Positions 33,335 to 44,912 are shown, counted from the stretch's first letter. The stretch is 64,000 bases of DNA from Acutalibacteraceae bacterium (GCA_051880555.1 JBJEOE010000022.1:10784-74783), one strand, 5' to 3'. The notes: generated from the sequence alone by a model not told the origin. Numbers and translations: made by a program.

Positions 33335-35650
33335 TTAGGCGAACTCGGGAGTGATTTTGATTTCGGGGTCGGCGGTGACCGAAAGCCCCTTTAAATTTCC
33401 CTCGCCGCTTTCGACTATTATATCGACCGCCTTATTTTCAATTTCACGGCGGATAAGGTTGCGAAGCTCCCGCGCTCCGCGCTTGCCGCCGCCGCATTTG
33501 AAGGCGAGATATTTGCAAACGCTTTGGTCGTAGGAAAATTTGATAAGCCTTTCTGCAAGGGACTCCTTTAGCTCGTCAAGCATTATAGCCGCGATTTTTG
33601 AGAGCGACTCCTCATCAAGCGGACTGAATACCACTATTTCATCAACTCGGGCGATAAACTCAGGACGTAAGAAGCCCTCAAGCGCTTTAAGCGCCTTTTC
33701 CTTTGACGCGTCCGCTTGGGTTCTGCCGAAGCCCAAAAGGTTTTCGGTTTTATCACTGCCCGCGTTTGAGGTCATAACGATTACGGTGTTTTCAAAGTTA
33801 ACGGTTCTCCCTTGGGCGTCGGTAATTCTGCCCTCGTCTAAAATCTGCAAAAGCAGGTTTAAAACGTCGGGGTGCGCCTTTTCAATCTCGTCAAAAAGCA
33901 CTACCGAATAGGGCTTTCTGCGCACCTTTTCGGTAAGCTGACCCGCCTCGTCATAGCCGACATATCCGGGAGGCGCGCCGATAATGCGGGAGACCGAGTG
34001 CTTCTCCATAAACTCCGACATATCAAGTCGTATTAGGGTCTCGGGAGTGTCGAAAAGCTGTTCCGAAAGCACCTTTACAAGGGCGGTTTTGCCGACGCCC
34101 GTAGGGCCGACGAATATAAAGGAGGCGGGACGGCGGAGATTGCTTGTATGCACCCTTGAGCGCTTTACCGCCGCGGCGACAAGCCGTGTCGCCTCCTCCT
34201 GACCGATTATACGCTTATTAAGCGCTTCTTCAAGCCCCGCAAGCTTTTTAAGGTCGCTTTCCTGCACCTTTGAGGCGGGAATACCCGTCCAAAGCTCTAT
34301 TACCTTTGCAATATCCGCGTCGGTCACGGTATTGTGGGAGGCGGGTTCATACAGCCCCTCGGCGATATTCTTATACTTTTCAAGCTCCGCCTTAACCATA
34401 GCCTGCTTTTCGTAGTCAGGGTTTTCAACCTCGCTTTCAAGATTTTCAAGCTCTACAGAGTACTCGGCTATTTTTTTATTGGCGAGATAAAGCTCGTCAA
34501 CCGCCTTGTTAGCAAGGCTTGCACAGGCGCACGCCTCGTCCAAAAGGTCAATAGCCTTATCGGGCAGATAGCGATCGGTAACATAGCGTTCCGAAAGCAG
34601 AACCGCCTTTTTAACGATACTGTCGGGCACCGTAACACCGTGGAAGCCCTCATAATAGCCCTTAACGCCCATAAGCACCTCTTCTGCCTCGGCAAGGGAC
34701 GGCTCCTCGACGGTAACAGGCTGGAAGCGGCGTTCAAGCGCCGCGTCCTTCTCGATATACTTGCGGTACTCCTTAAAGGTGGTAGCGCCGATAACCTGAA
34801 TTTCACCGCGGGAAAGGGCGGGCTTTAGAATATTAGCCGCATTCATAGACCCCTCCGCGGAATCGCCAGCGCCGACAAGATTGTGAATCTCGTCGATAAA
34901 GAGGATAATATTCCCCGCGCTCTTGACCTCCTCAACCAGACCCTTAACTCGGCTTTCAAACTGACCGCGGAACTGGGTTCCCGCAACAAGCCCTGTAAGG
35001 TCAAGGAGGTGAATTTCCTTATCAAGCAGTCTGGCGGGCGCGTCGCCGCTCGCTATTTTAAGCGCCAAGCCCTCGGCTATGGCGGTTTTGCCTACACCCG
35101 GCTCGCCGATAAGGCATGGGTTATTTTTAGTGCGGCGGGAGAGAATCTGGATAGTCCTGTAAAGCTCCTTTTCCCTACCGATTATAACGTCAATCTGTCC
35201 GGTTCTCGCCTTTTCGGTGAGGTTGGTGCAATACTGCTCCATAAAACGGCGGCGTTTTTTCTTCTGCTTTTTATCCCCGCCGTCCTTAACGTCGGATTTA
35301 TTTTCTTTTTCCTTTTCGGAATTGCCTGTACCCGTAAGACTGCCGAAAAGCTTATTAAACATAGGTATCGCGGGGGCGGTTCCTAAGTCAAAGGTCTCGT
35401 CGTTAAGCTCCGCGTCGTCGGGCTCTCCGTCAAGCGACATCAAATCCATAAATTGGTCGCTCATCTGCTCGATATCCTCGTCCGAAATATTCATTTTCTT
35501 AAGCATATCGTCGATAGGCTTGATGCCTAATTCCTTAGCGCATACAAGGCAAAGCCCGTTAGGCTCGGCATTAGGGTTCATAGCGTCCGAGAGGAAAACC
35601 ACCGCGGGACGTTTTTTACATTTTGAGCAAAGTTTCATAGCTGTCTCCAT
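33335..35650 (-). CDS. clpE: ATP-dependent Clp protease ATP-binding subunit, ClpE-type (N-terminal C4 zinc ribbon + two AAA+ modules)
   Basis: CSKCKK...CLVCAKE zinc ribbon. D1 Walker A GEPGVGKT and D2 Walker A GPTGVGKT. Confidence 0.75.
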   Translation of the reverse strand: METAMKLCSKCKKRPAVVFLSDAMNPNAEPNGLCLVCAKELGIKPIDDMLKKMNISDEDIEQMSDQFMDLMSLDGEPDDAELNDETFDLGTAPAIPMFNKLFGSLTGTGNSEKEKENKSDVKDGGDKKQKKKRRRFMEQYCTNLTEKARTGQIDVIIGREKELYRTIQILSRRTKNNPCLIGEPGVGKTAIAEGLALKIASGDAPARLLDKEIHLLDLTGLVAGTQFRGQFESRVKGLVEEVKSAGNIILFIDEIHNLVGAGDSAEGSMNAANILKPALSRGEIQVIGATTFKEYRKYIEKDAALERRFQPVTVEEPSLAEAEEVLMGVKGYYEGFHGVTVPDSIVKKAVLLSERYVTDRYLPDKAIDLLDEACACASLANKAVDELYLANKKIAEYSVELENLESEVENPDYEKQAMVKAELEKYKNIAEGLYEPASHNTVTDADIAKVIELWTGIPASKVQESDLKKLAGLEEALNKRIIGQEEATRLVAAAVKRSRVHTSNLRRPASFIFVGPTGVGKTALVKVLSEQLFDTPETLIRLDMSEFMEKHSVSRIIGAPPGYVGYDEAGQLTEKVRRKPYSVVLFDEIEKAHPDVLNLLLQILDEGRITDAQGRTVNFENTVIVMTSNAGSDKTENLLGFGRTQADASKEKALKALEGFLRPEFIARVDEIVVFSPLDEESLSKIAAIMLDELKESLAERLIKFSYDQSVCKYLAFKCGGGKRGARELRNLIRREIENKAVDIIVESGEGNLKGLSVTADPEIKITPEFA

Positions 35651-35726
35651 TCCGCCGCCTTAAAGCCTGTGGGCAGTAAACGCCGAGCGGCGGCGGCACG
35701 GCGTTATTTTATATTAAGAAGTTCGA

Positions 35727-36425
35727 TTAAAGGAATTTGAACTCCGAAACATATGAGAAAATTAAAGATTTTTCCATAGCCTCATCGGTGAAGATTAAGA
35801 ATCCGTTTGAGGTGAAGGAGGTTATAAGAATAATCACAAGGCAGAACGCCAGAGCAATTATTATTCCCTTGGGAATACCGACAATGCCGCCCAAAACACG
35901 GTTTGCCGTTCCTATTATACTGAAAGAGAAAAGCTTGTTCACGAATTTCGCAATCGGCTTTACAAGCAAAAGCAGTATAATAAGTGAAATAACCATATAA
36001 ACAAGAGCAAGCGAGCGCGCAACGACCGGCTTAATTACGTCCTGAGAAACCTTGGTAACCGTACCTTCAAGACCGTTTCCTACATTCTCAGTTATGCTTT
36101 TATCAATGCTTTCCTTTGAAATTCCCAGCTTTTCGGCGCTGTTCTGCATCCAACCGGGAATCTTGTTCCACATTTCGTCGGAGGCTTTTGAAGCGGTATC
36201 CGCCGTAATAGAATCCACCGAGGAGGTGACCGACGATACAATCGGCGGCTCAATTATTTTATCATATGTAGTGTTACCAAGTGGTGTACTTATTGTAAAC
36301 GATATAATAACAGCGGCGATAAAGCCCACCAATTCAATAACCGTTCTTACAAAGCCGCGCCTTGCCGAAAGGATAACCGTTAAAACGATAATTGCCAATA
36401 CTATTAAGTCAAGAATTAATCCCAT
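35727..36425 (-). CDS. cvpA: CvpA-family membrane protein
   Basis: AGGAG lies 7 nt upstream of the ATG at 36425. MGLILDLIVLAIIVLTVILSARRGFVRTVIELVGFIAAVI is the typical CvpA N-terminus. Confidence 0.8.
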   Translation of the reverse strand: MGLILDLIVLAIIVLTVILSARRGFVRTVIELVGFIAAVIISFTISTPLGNTTYDKIIEPPIVSSVTSSVDSITADTASKASDEMWNKIPGWMQNSAEKLGISKESIDKSITENVGNGLEGTVTKVSQDVIKPVVARSLALVYMVISLIILLLLVKPIAKFVNKLFSFSIIGTANRVLGGIVGIPKGIIIALAFCLVIILITSFTSNGFLIFTDEAMEKSLIFSYVSEFKFL

Positions 36426-36435
36426 AATGCTTCTC

Positions 36436-37746
36436 CTATTCCTGTTCAAGCTTAATTTGATAAATTTGATTGTCGGTTATAACCGCAACCGAATTAGAGC
36501 CAATAACCGAAAGTCTTTTAGCGCCGAAGCCGCATTCGGCTTTTCTTAAAACCGCGCCGTCCTCCGAGAGAAGCAAAACCTCGGTATCGCTAATACAATA
36601 GATATGCCCGCCCGAAATTTCAATATCACCTATAATGCCCTTAAATTCAAATTCGCTTTTAAGCTTTCCCTTTGAATTAAAGATTACCACGCGGTTATCC
36701 GTCCTGTCGCTTGCTCGGTTAAAGACCGCAACGCTGCCGCTCGAGCCCGCCCTGAACATAGCCGCGGTATAGGCGTTTTCATAATCGTTTTTTTTGTAAT
36801 CCGACCATCCAATAAACCGCACGCCGTTTTTCAATACAACCGAAAAGCCCGCGCTGTGAGTAGTATCCAGATTATATACGGTCGCGTCGCCGCAGATCTC
36901 GGTATATTCGGGACTTGCCGAATCAAAGCCGAAAACGCATACCTTTGATGTGTAAACCCCTGACGAAGCGTTAAAGAGGGAAACCGCTATTTTTTTACCG
37001 TTGGGCGAAATCGCCACGTTATTGACCACATCCTCCGCGGAGTACCACTCGTAAACCGGCTTATCATATTTATCGTAAACGCTTACCACCGAGGCGTAGG
37101 AATCCGACTGGGTGACAAGGGCATAGGTTCCCGAATCGGAAATATTCGCCGTGATCATCGGGTTTTTGGTGTTAACCGTACTTTTAAGCGAAGTAAGATT
37201 GTATATAAAAGCCTGATTTTGCCCCTGTGAAAAGACCAGAGCGCGGGTTTTCGAGGTCTTCATAATAGGACTTTCAAAGCCGTGTGAATATGAAAAAACC
37301 TCCCTGCCCGAGTTTGAGTAGGCGCTTATTCTCGTATCGGTAAGTAAATAGTAATACATACCCCGCGAAGCGGAATTTAAGGTCTCGGTGCTGTTAAGCT
37401 CTACAGGATAGCCGCCCGAGCCCACAAGCGCGGTAAGATTTTGTATGTTTTCAAGTATCCCGACAGGCAGAATCAAGTGAAGTATAAGGCAAATTACGGT
37501 GACTGCCGCGGCAATGGAAAGCAAAGCCTTGGTTTTCCTCTGCCTTTCAAGCTTTTTACCCTTAACCACCCGCATATCGGGGACGGTTTTTGGGGGCTTT
37601 GGGGGCTTTTCCGGCTTTTTCGCCCGTTTTCCGCCCGAGGGCGACATTATAATATCATCGGACTCTTCCTTTTGTACCCGCGCCGCCTTTTTTGGCTTTG
37701 GCGCGGCTTTAAAGCGATTCACCCGTTTCTTTTTATATTCAGGCAT
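36436..37746 (-). CDS. Membrane-anchored protein with beta-propeller-like repeats (DUF5711-like)
   Basis: Lys-rich cytoplasmic N-terminus, one TM, then a Ser/Tyr/Gly-rich repeat region. The start is set at 37746 (or 37755) because the 37881 start overlaps truA. Confidence 0.6.
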   Translation of the reverse strand: MPEYKKKRVNRFKAAPKPKKAARVQKEESDDIIMSPSGGKRAKKPEKPPKPPKTVPDMRVVKGKKLERQRKTKALLSIAAAVTVICLILHLILPVGILENIQNLTALVGSGGYPVELNSTETLNSASRGMYYYLLTDTRISAYSNSGREVFSYSHGFESPIMKTSKTRALVFSQGQNQAFIYNLTSLKSTVNTKNPMITANISDSGTYALVTQSDSYASVVSVYDKYDKPVYEWYSAEDVVNNVAISPNGKKIAVSLFNASSGVYTSKVCVFGFDSASPEYTEICGDATVYNLDTTHSAGFSVVLKNGVRFIGWSDYKKNDYENAYTAAMFRAGSSGSVAVFNRASDRTDNRVVIFNSKGKLKSEFEFKGIIGDIEISGGHIYCISDTEVLLLSEDGAVLRKAECGFGAKRLSVIGSNSVAVITDNQIYQIKLEQE

Positions 37747-37756
37747 TTTCACCATC

Positions 37757-38500
37757 CTAATACAATACTTTTTCCAAAAACAGCCCCTGGGGCGGAGCGG
37801 TCTGCCCCGCAAGAGCGCGTTTTTTTGAAGATATAATTTCTTTAGTAAACGACGGCTCGATTTTCCCGTCGGATACGGCAACCGCCGTACCTACTATAAT
37901 ACGCACCATATTATATAGGAAGCCGTCGGCGGTGATTTTTAAAATCACTCGGTCGCCCTCCCGCACGGCGTTAAATTCGCTCACGGTTCTTACGGTATCC
38001 TCCACCGTTCTGCCCGATGAGGAAAAGGCGTAAAAATCGTGTCTGCCGATAATTTCCTTACAAAAGGCGTTAATCCGCTCTAAATCAAGCTGTCTCTCAA
38101 TTCTCCAAGTATATCTCGATAAAAAAGGGTCGCGCACCGAGCTGTTTAAAATGTAATAGGCGTAGGTCTTGCCCCTTGCGTTATACCGCGCGTGAAAATC
38201 GGGCGAGACCTCTCTTGCCGCCTTTACCGAAATATCGCCCGGCAATAAAGAGTCAAGCCCCCTTAAAAAGGCGCTTTCGGGGAATTTTTCGTCACAGTCC
38301 AAGTGACAGCAAAATTCCCTTGCGTGGACCCCCGCGTCGGTGCGACTGCACCCCGTTAAAGCGGGTCTTTCGCCTAACAGCTTATAAAGCGCGTTCTGCA
38401 CCGTTTCCTGCACGGTTATTCCGTTGGGCTGTACCTGCCAGCCGTGATAGGCGGTGCCGTCATATGAAATTGTAAGTAAAATTCTTTTCATTCGCGGCAC
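37757..38500 (-). CDS. truA: tRNA pseudouridine(38-40) synthase
   Basis: MKRILLTISYDGTAYHGWQVQPNG...GCSRTDAGVHA. Follows ecfT as in Bacillus. Confidence 0.9.
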   Translation of the reverse strand: MPRMKRILLTISYDGTAYHGWQVQPNGITVQETVQNALYKLLGERPALTGCSRTDAGVHAREFCCHLDCDEKFPESAFLRGLDSLLPGDISVKAAREVSPDFHARYNARGKTYAYYILNSSVRDPFLSRYTWRIERQLDLERINAFCKEIIGRHDFYAFSSSGRTVEDTVRTVSEFNAVREGDRVILKITADGFLYNMVRIIVGTAVAVSDGKIEPSFTKEIISSKKRALAGQTAPPQGLFLEKVLY

Positions 38501-38507
38501 CCGTCTT

Positions 38508-39326
38508 TTAAAGAAGTATATTTAAAGCGATAATTCCACCGCAGATAACAACAGCCGCGCCTAAAACCGCAAAATCGCGCCCCGCCATATGCATCTGCTT
38601 CATACGGGTTCTGCCCTCGCCGCCGTTATAACAGCGGCACTCCATAGCCTCGGCAAGCTCGTACGCCCGCCGTACAGAGGATATAAGCAGAGGTATTAAT
38701 ATAGGTATAAGCGCCTTTACCCGCTCGGTAAGCTTGCCGTTTTCAAGGTCGGCGCCCCTCGCCTTTTGGGCGTTCATAATCTTTTCCGCCTCCTCAATAA
38801 GGGTCGGGATAAACCTTAAGGCTATCGTCATCATCATAGCAAGGGTATGCACCGCGTTTTTAAGCCCTACATATTTAAGCGGACTTAAGAGCCTTTCAAT
38901 CGCGTCGGTTAAGTCGTTGGGGGTGGTGGTGTAGGTAAGGGCGGAGCTTATAAATATAAGGAGCGTTATTCTCACCGCCATAAATATCGCGCGGCTTACG
39001 CCGTCTGTGGTGATTTGAAGCTTCCAAAAGGATAAAAGCACCTTACCGCTCTCGCCGTAAAAGAGGTTTAACACTGCGGTAAAAATAAGCACGGGCAAAA
39101 TTGCCTTCATATTTTTTAAATACAGCTTAAACGGAATTTTGGTGATAAGCATTATTATTAGCACCGAAGCCGCCGCAAAGCCCAACGCAAAGCCGTTTTG
39201 TGCGAGGAAAATAAAAACTATCAGCAGAAAAAGCAGTACTATTTTAACCCGCGGGTCGGTTTTGTGAATAAGGGAGTGGCTCTCGTAATACTGACCGAAG
39301 GTAATATCTCTAAGCATTGCCGCCAC
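38508..39326 (-). CDS. ecfT: ECF transporter transmembrane (T) component
   Basis: 272-aa polytopic protein with an ARG...R motif region (AQKARGADLENG). Last gene of ecfA-ecfA'-ecfT. Confidence 0.9.
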   Translation of the reverse strand: MAAMLRDITFGQYYESHSLIHKTDPRVKIVLLFLLIVFIFLAQNGFALGFAAASVLIIMLITKIPFKLYLKNMKAILPVLIFTAVLNLFYGESGKVLLSFWKLQITTDGVSRAIFMAVRITLLIFISSALTYTTTPNDLTDAIERLLSPLKYVGLKNAVHTLAMMMTIALRFIPTLIEEAEKIMNAQKARGADLENGKLTERVKALIPILIPLLISSVRRAYELAEAMECRCYNGGEGRTRMKQMHMAGRDFAVLGAAVVICGGIIALNILL

Positions 39327-40173
39327 CTGCCTTTATCCGCTTTAATACCTCTACCGCGCGGCTTACGGTAAACACGTTGTCGGGAACGGGTATTCCCGCC
39401 GCTTTAAGCTCGTAAAACACCCTTGTCACTATAGGCACGTTAAGGCCGATTGCCCTTAGTCTGTCCCCGTTTTTAAAGACGTTTTCTGTCGTGTCGAACA
39501 TTTCGAGCTTACCCTTGTTCATCACAATAAGCCTGTCCGCGATAAGCGCCATATCCTCCATACTGTGGGAGATTATTATGACGGTGGCTCCGGTTGCTAA
39601 GCGGTATTCGTTAATAATTTGGGTCACATTTTCCCTGCCCTTAGGGTCAAGACCCGCCGTCGGCTCGTCAAAAACGATAACCTCAGGTCTCATAGCCATA
39701 ACCCCCGCGATAGCGACCCTGCGCTTTTCGCCGCCCGACAAATCAAAGGGGGATTTTTCCAGATACTCGTCCATAACCCCTATTATTTTACAGGTTTCAA
39801 GCACCCTTTGCTTTAATTCCTCCCCTGAAAGCCCCATATTTTTAGGACCGAAGGCTATATCGGCAAAAACCGTTTCCTCAAAAAGCTGATATTCGGGATA
39901 CTGGAAAACAAGCCCCACCTTAGAGCGGATTTTCCTTATTTCCTTGGGGTTGTCCCAAATGTTTTCGCCGTCAATAAAAACCTCGCCGCCCGTAGGCTTT
40001 AAAAGCCCGTTCAGGTGCTGAACAAGGGTTGACTTACCCGAACCCGTATGCCCGATAATACCTATTATTTCGCCCTTTTCGGCGGTAAAGCTAACGCCGC
40101 TTACCGCGTCGTTGACAAACGGTGTATTTCCGCTGTAGGTGTGGGTAAGATTTTTTACCTCTAATACTGACAA
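39310..40173 (-). CDS. ecfA2: ECF transporter ATPase component A'
   Basis: Walker A GHTGSGKST, signature LSGGEKRR and Walker B VIVFDEP. Confidence 0.9.
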   Translation of the reverse strand: MSVLEVKNLTHTYSGNTPFVNDAVSGVSFTAEKGEIIGIIGHTGSGKSTLVQHLNGLLKPTGGEVFIDGENIWDNPKEIRKIRSKVGLVFQYPEYQLFEETVFADIAFGPKNMGLSGEELKQRVLETCKIIGVMDEYLEKSPFDLSGGEKRRVAIAGVMAMRPEVIVFDEPTAGLDPKGRENVTQIINEYRLATGATVIIISHSMEDMALIADRLIVMNKGKLEMFDTTENVFKNGDRLRAIGLNVPIVTRVFYELKAAGIPVPDNVFTVSRAVEVLKRIKAGGGNA

Positions 40174-40177
40174 ATTC

Positions 40178-41026
40178 CTATCCCTCCAAATGAAGCGCCT
40201 TAATTATCTCGTCGGCTGCTTCTTTGATAGAAAGCGCGTGGGTATCCACGTTAAAACCGTTTTTCTTTAAATTATACAAAAGCTCGGCGGTCTGCGGAAC
40301 GTCAAGACCTACCTTTTTAAGCCTTTCCACGTCCGAAAAAATCACCTTGGGCTTGTCGTCGGCAATAATCTCCCCGTCGTTCATCACAAGCACTCGGTCG
40401 GCGTTCTGCGCCTCCTCCATATAGTGGGTGATAAGCACTACGGTTATGCCCTTTTCCTTGTTAAGCCGCAAAAGGGTTTCGATTATCTCCGCCCTGCCTT
40501 TAGGGTCTAACATAGCCGTCGGCTCGTCAAGCACTAAGCATTCGGGTTGCATAGCGATAATTCCTGCTATGGCAATTCTCTGCTTCTGCCCGCCCGAAAG
40601 CCTGTGTGGGGTCGATTCCTTAAATTCGAGCATATCGACCGCCCTTAGCGCGTCGTCAACACGCTCCTTAATTTCCTCGGGGGGCACGCCTAAATTTTCA
40701 GGGCCGAACGCCACGTCCTCCTCAACGATAGACGCGATTATCTGATTATCGGGGTTTTGGAAAACCATTCCCACCTTGCGCTTGACCTCAATCTCGTTCT
40801 CCTCGTCCTTTGTGTTTATTCCGTCCACAAAAATATCTCCCGAGGTAGGCTTATTAAGTCCGTTTAACATCTTTGCAAGGGTGGATTTGCCCGAGCCGTT
40901 ATGACCGAGGATTACCGTAAAGCTGCCCCGCTCGATTTCAAGGCTTAAAGACTTTACCGCGGCAACCGTCGTTTCCTCGTCCTTATATTCATATGTTACA
41001 TTTTTTACACTAATTATGCTGTCCAT
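40178..41026 (-). CDS. ecfA1: ECF transporter ATPase component A
   Basis: Walker A GHNGSGKST, signature LSGGQKQR and Walker B CLVLDEP. Confidence 0.9.
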   Translation of the reverse strand: MDSIISVKNVTYEYKDEETTVAAVKSLSLEIERGSFTVILGHNGSGKSTLAKMLNGLNKPTSGDIFVDGINTKDEENEIEVKRKVGMVFQNPDNQIIASIVEEDVAFGPENLGVPPEEIKERVDDALRAVDMLEFKESTPHRLSGGQKQRIAIAGIIAMQPECLVLDEPTAMLDPKGRAEIIETLLRLNKEKGITVVLITHYMEEAQNADRVLVMNDGEIIADDKPKVIFSDVERLKKVGLDVPQTAELLYNLKKNGFNVDTHALSIKEAADEIIKALHLEG

Positions 41027-41027
41027 T

Positions 41028-41891
41028 TTACCTTGTCCAAACCGTAGTATTTCCCGCGGGCAGGCTTATGCCCTTATCCGAAACATGAAGCCCGATTTCA
41101 TCTGTAAAAATCTCTCCCCCGCGGTTTTTTACAACATACCGCTTTACCATATAGTTTAGTATTGTCGGCGAAAGCCCGCCCGTATAGGAATTAAGGAAGA
41201 AAAACACCGCGTTATCGGATAGCAGCTTTCCTGTCTCACCTAACAGCTCCGCCAACTGCTGTTCAAGCTTCCAAACCTCGCCGTCGGGTCCTCTGCCGTA
41301 GGAGGGCGGGTCCATTATCACAGCGTCATACTTATTGCCGCGCCTTATTTCCCGCTTTACAAACTTTAGGCAATCGTCCACAAGCCAGCGCACGGGCGCG
41401 TCGGCAAGACCGCTCGCCGCGGCGTTTTCCTTTGCCCACTGCACCATACCCTTTGACGCGTCAACGTGGGTGACCTTAGCCCCCGCCTTTAAGCAGGCAA
41501 GGGTCGCCGCTCCCGTGTAGGCGAAAAGGTTAAGTACGGAAAGCTGACGGTTTTCCTTTTCAATAAGCTGTCTTGCAAGGGTCCAGTTAACCGCCTGTTC
41601 GGGGAAAAGCCCCGTGTGCTTAAAGCCCATTGGTTTTAATCTAAAGGTAAGTCCCTCGTAGTTAACGCTCCAGACGTCGGGAACAGGTTTTAATACCTCC
41701 CAATGCCCGCCGCCGCTCTGGGAACGGTGATAGACCGCGTTGGCGGTTTTCCAACGGCTGTCCTTTCTCTCCCCCGACCAGATAATCTGCGGGTCGGGGC
41801 GGATAAGCACAATATTTTTCCAGCGTTCAAGCCTCTCGCCCGAATCGGCGTCTATAAGCTCGTAATCGTCAAAGCCCGTGACGGTTCTCAT
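41028..41891 (-). CDS. Class I SAM-dependent (rRNA-type) methyltransferase
   Basis: LNLFAYTGAATLACLKAGAKVTHVDAS...VIMDPPSYGRG motifs, typical of RlmI/RlmK-like methyltransferases. Confidence 0.75.
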   Translation of the reverse strand: MRTVTGFDDYELIDADSGERLERWKNIVLIRPDPQIIWSGERKDSRWKTANAVYHRSQSGGGHWEVLKPVPDVWSVNYEGLTFRLKPMGFKHTGLFPEQAVNWTLARQLIEKENRQLSVLNLFAYTGAATLACLKAGAKVTHVDASKGMVQWAKENAAASGLADAPVRWLVDDCLKFVKREIRRGNKYDAVIMDPPSYGRGPDGEVWKLEQQLAELLGETGKLLSDNAVFFFLNSYTGGLSPTILNYMVKRYVVKNRGGEIFTDEIGLHVSDKGISLPAGNTTVWTR

Positions 41892-43238
41892 TTAAGCCTT
41901 CCCCTCGATAACCGCCGCGACTTCCTTTGCAAGGCGTTTAATCTCGGCGATGTTTTCTCCCTCAAGCATTACGCGGATAAGCGGCTCTGTTCCCGAAGCC
42001 CTTACCAAAATTCTGCCGCGGTTGCCGAGGGTGTTTTTAACCTTTTCGATAGCGTTTATAATATCCTCGTCCGTGTTAAGCTTAGCCTTAAGCTCGGCGG
42101 GAGCCTTGATATTAACAAGGGTCTGGGGCAGAACGGTCATAACCGAGGCAATTTCAGAAGCGGACTTTCCGTTTCTTTTAAGAATAGCCGCAAGCATCGC
42201 GCCCGAAAGCTGACCGTCGCCGGTTGTTGCAAAGCTCTTAAATATAATATGCCCCGACTGCTCGCCGCCTATCTGATAATCGTTTTTCACCATTTCCTCA
42301 AGGACGTAACGGTCGCCTACCTTGGTTTCGCGCACGGCAATTCCGTTGTGCTCGGCAAAATGCTTAAAGCCTAAGTTGGTCATAACCGTGACAACGGCGG
42401 TTTCGTCCTTTAAAACGCCGCGATTCTTCATATCAAGTGCGAAAACGGCTATCATACGGTCGCCGTCTATAAGCTTGCCGTTCTCGTCAACAGCAAGACA
42501 GCGGTCGGAGTCGCCGTCGAACGCCAGTCCCAAATCAACCTCGTGACCGTTTACATAATCAATAAGGTCGTCCATATGGGTAGAGCCGCAGCGGGCGTTA
42601 ATATTTACGCCGTTCGGGTTATCGTGCATCATATGTACCTTTGCGCCAAGCCTTGTAAAGAGCTTTTCGGCGGTGTAGGAGGCACACCCGTTCGCGCAGT
42701 CGATAGCTAATTTAAGCCCCGAAAGGTCGGCGTTTACCGACTCAACAAGGTGGTCGATATACAAATCGACATAGTCATAGCGCATAAACACGCTGCCCAC
42801 GTCGCCGCCCACAGGGAACTCGATAGGGCTCATATCGTCAAGCACCAACGCCTCGATTTTCTCCTCCAAAGCGTCGGGCAGCTTAAAGCCGTTGGAATCG
42901 AATATTTTTATACCGTTATATTCGCAGGGGTTGTGTGAAGCGGAAATCATAATTCCCGCGTCTGCCTCCCTGTCCTTTACCAAAAAGGCGATAGCGGGGG
43001 TCGGCACAAAGCCTACAAGCACAACGTCCGCGCCGACCGAGCAAAGCCCCGCCGCAAGCGCCATTTCAAGCATATTTGAAGATACGCGGGTGTCCTTACC
43101 GATAAGCACCTTAGGTTTTTCGGTGGTTTTCTCTGTAAGCACATACGCCGCGGCTCTGCCTATATTTGTCGCAAGCTCGCAGGTAAGCTCCTTATTTGCG
43201 ATTCCTCTTGCACCGTCTGTTCCGAATAATCTTCCCAT
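41892..43238 (-). CDS. glmM: Phosphoglucosamine mutase
   Basis: MGRLFGTDGARG..., active-site SASHNP and GEQSGH motifs. Confidence 0.95.
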   Translation of the reverse strand: MGRLFGTDGARGIANKELTCELATNIGRAAAYVLTEKTTEKPKVLIGKDTRVSSNMLEMALAAGLCSVGADVVLVGFVPTPAIAFLVKDREADAGIMISASHNPCEYNGIKIFDSNGFKLPDALEEKIEALVLDDMSPIEFPVGGDVGSVFMRYDYVDLYIDHLVESVNADLSGLKLAIDCANGCASYTAEKLFTRLGAKVHMMHDNPNGVNINARCGSTHMDDLIDYVNGHEVDLGLAFDGDSDRCLAVDENGKLIDGDRMIAVFALDMKNRGVLKDETAVVTVMTNLGFKHFAEHNGIAVRETKVGDRYVLEEMVKNDYQIGGEQSGHIIFKSFATTGDGQLSGAMLAAILKRNGKSASEIASVMTVLPQTLVNIKAPAELKAKLNTDEDIINAIEKVKNTLGNRGRILVRASGTEPLIRVMLEGENIAEIKRLAKEVAAVIEGKA

Positions 43239-43259
43239 TTTTATCTCTCCTAAAATTTT

Positions 43260-44306
43260 TTAAAATATAGATTGCTGAGCGGAGTTTTGTCCGCCGAGCG
43301 GAATACCTAAATGATCGTAGGCAAGTTTAGTAACACAGCGACCGCGCGCCGTCCTTGTTAAAAAGCCTATCTGCATTAAATACGGCTCGTAAACGTCCTC
43401 GATTGTGACCGATTCCTCGCCGACCGCCGCCGCAAGGGTATCAAGCCCAACAGGACCGCCCTGATAGTTGTTTATAATGGTAGTAAGCATTTTGCGGTCA
43501 AAATCGTCAAGCCCCAATTCGTCAATTTCAAACCTTGCCAAAGCGGCGCGGGCTACCTTTTCTGTAATCTCGCCGTCATACTCGACCTCGGCAATATCCC
43601 GCACCCGCTTTAAAAGTCGGTTTGCGATTCGCGGCGTTCCCCGCGAGCGGGAGGCTATCTCCAATGCGCCGTCCCTTTCAATCCCGATTCCCAAAATCCC
43701 CGCCGAGCGGGTTATTATTTTCGCCAAATCCTCGGGCGAGTAAAGCTCCAGCCGCAAAAGCACGCCGAAGCGGTCGCGCAATGGGGCTGTAAGCTGACCC
43801 GAACGTGTGGTAGCCCCCACAAGGGTGAAATGGGGCACGTCAAGCCTTATAGACCGCGCCGACGGACCCTTACCCAGAATAATATCGAGCGAAAAATCCT
43901 CCATAGCGGGGTACAAAATTTCCTCAACATTGCGGGAAAGGCGGTGTATCTCGTCGATAAACAGCACGTCCCCCTCGTTAAGGGAGGTAAGTATCGCCAC
44001 CAAATCCCCCTGCTTTTCGATAGCGGGACCCGAGGTCACGCGGAGGTTTACCCCCATTTCCTTTGCTATTATGCCTGAAAGGGTGGTTTTTCCAAGCCCC
44101 GGAGGGCCGTAAAGTAAAACGTGGTCTAACGATTCGTGACGGCCGAGCGCCGCTTTTATATATATACTTAAATTTTCCTTAACCTTGTCCTGCCCGATAT
44201 ACTCGTTAAGAGACTTAGGTCTAAGGCTTAGCTCCGCCTCGTCCTCGGTGTAGTTATACTCGGGCGAGACTATGCGGTTTTCAAAATCCATTTCCTGCTC
44301 AATCAA
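43260..44306 (-). CDS. ruvB: Holliday junction branch migration ATPase RuvB
   Basis: [19 protein letters not shown]..., GPPGLGKTT and DEIHRL. Confidence 0.95.
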   Translation of the reverse strand: MIEQEMDFENRIVSPEYNYTEDEAELSLRPKSLNEYIGQDKVKENLSIYIKAALGRHESLDHVLLYGPPGLGKTTLSGIIAKEMGVNLRVTSGPAIEKQGDLVAILTSLNEGDVLFIDEIHRLSRNVEEILYPAMEDFSLDIILGKGPSARSIRLDVPHFTLVGATTRSGQLTAPLRDRFGVLLRLELYSPEDLAKIITRSAGILGIGIERDGALEIASRSRGTPRIANRLLKRVRDIAEVEYDGEITEKVARAALARFEIDELGLDDFDRKMLTTIINNYQGGPVGLDTLAAAVGEESVTIEDVYEPYLMQIGFLTRTARGRCVTKLAYDHLGIPLGGQNSAQQSIF

Positions 44307-44309
44307 GAA

Positions 44310-44912
44310 TTATATCCTCCTTGCAAGGGTTTTAAGCGCCTGCTTTATCAGCTCCTCGGCGGACAGCGTCTGGTCAAGTCTGCCGACAGCCAAAGAAGCC
44401 TCCGACTTTGAGTAGCCGAGGGAGACAAGCGCCGCCACCGCCTCTGCGGAACTTCCGTTTACCGTCGCGTTGCCGACCGCCCTTAAATCTATACCGTTAT
44501 CGGTTAGGGGGGAACCCACCTTGTCCTTTAACTCAAGCACAATCCTCTGCGCAAGCTTAATCCCCACGCCCGCCGCGGCGGTAAGCGCCTTAGCGTCGCC
44601 GCTTGCGATATAGACCGTAAGCTGTGAAGCGGTAAACTCCGAAAGCATTGCTATTCCGATTTTCGCCCCCACGCCGTTTACCGAGGTTATGAGCTTAAAG
44701 GCATTAAGCTCGTCCTCGTCCGAAAAGCCGTACAAATCAAGCGCGTCTTCTCGCACAGAGAGATGGGTATACAAAAAAACCTCTTCGCCCTTTTGCGGGA
44801 GCTTATAAAGGGTGTTTTTGGTAACGGTACAGCGAAGACCGACGCCTCCGCACTCAACCACAGCGGAGGTATTGTCGGTATATATAAGTCTTCCTCTTAA
44901 AGATGCAATCAT
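44310..44912 (-). CDS. ruvA: Holliday junction DNA helicase RuvA
   Basis: MIASLRGRL... followed by HhH motifs (LITSVNGVGAKIGIAML and LTAAAGVGIKLAQRIVLELK). Confidence 0.9.
   Translation of the reverse strand: MIASLRGRLIYTDNTSAVVECGGVGLRCTVTKNTLYKLPQKGEEVFLYTHLSVREDALDLYGFSDEDELNAFKLITSVNGVGAKIGIAMLSEFTASQLTVYIASGDAKALTAAAGVGIKLAQRIVLELKDKVGSPLTDNGIDLRAVGNATVNGSSAEAVAALVSLGYSKSEASLAVGRLDQTLSAEELIKQALKTLARRI

Noticed and set aside
37756-37881. 42-codon N-terminal extension of the DUF5711-like gene
   Set aside because: It overlaps the 3' end of truA and is Arg/Lys-rich junk. An RBS-supported ATG follows immediately after the truA stop.
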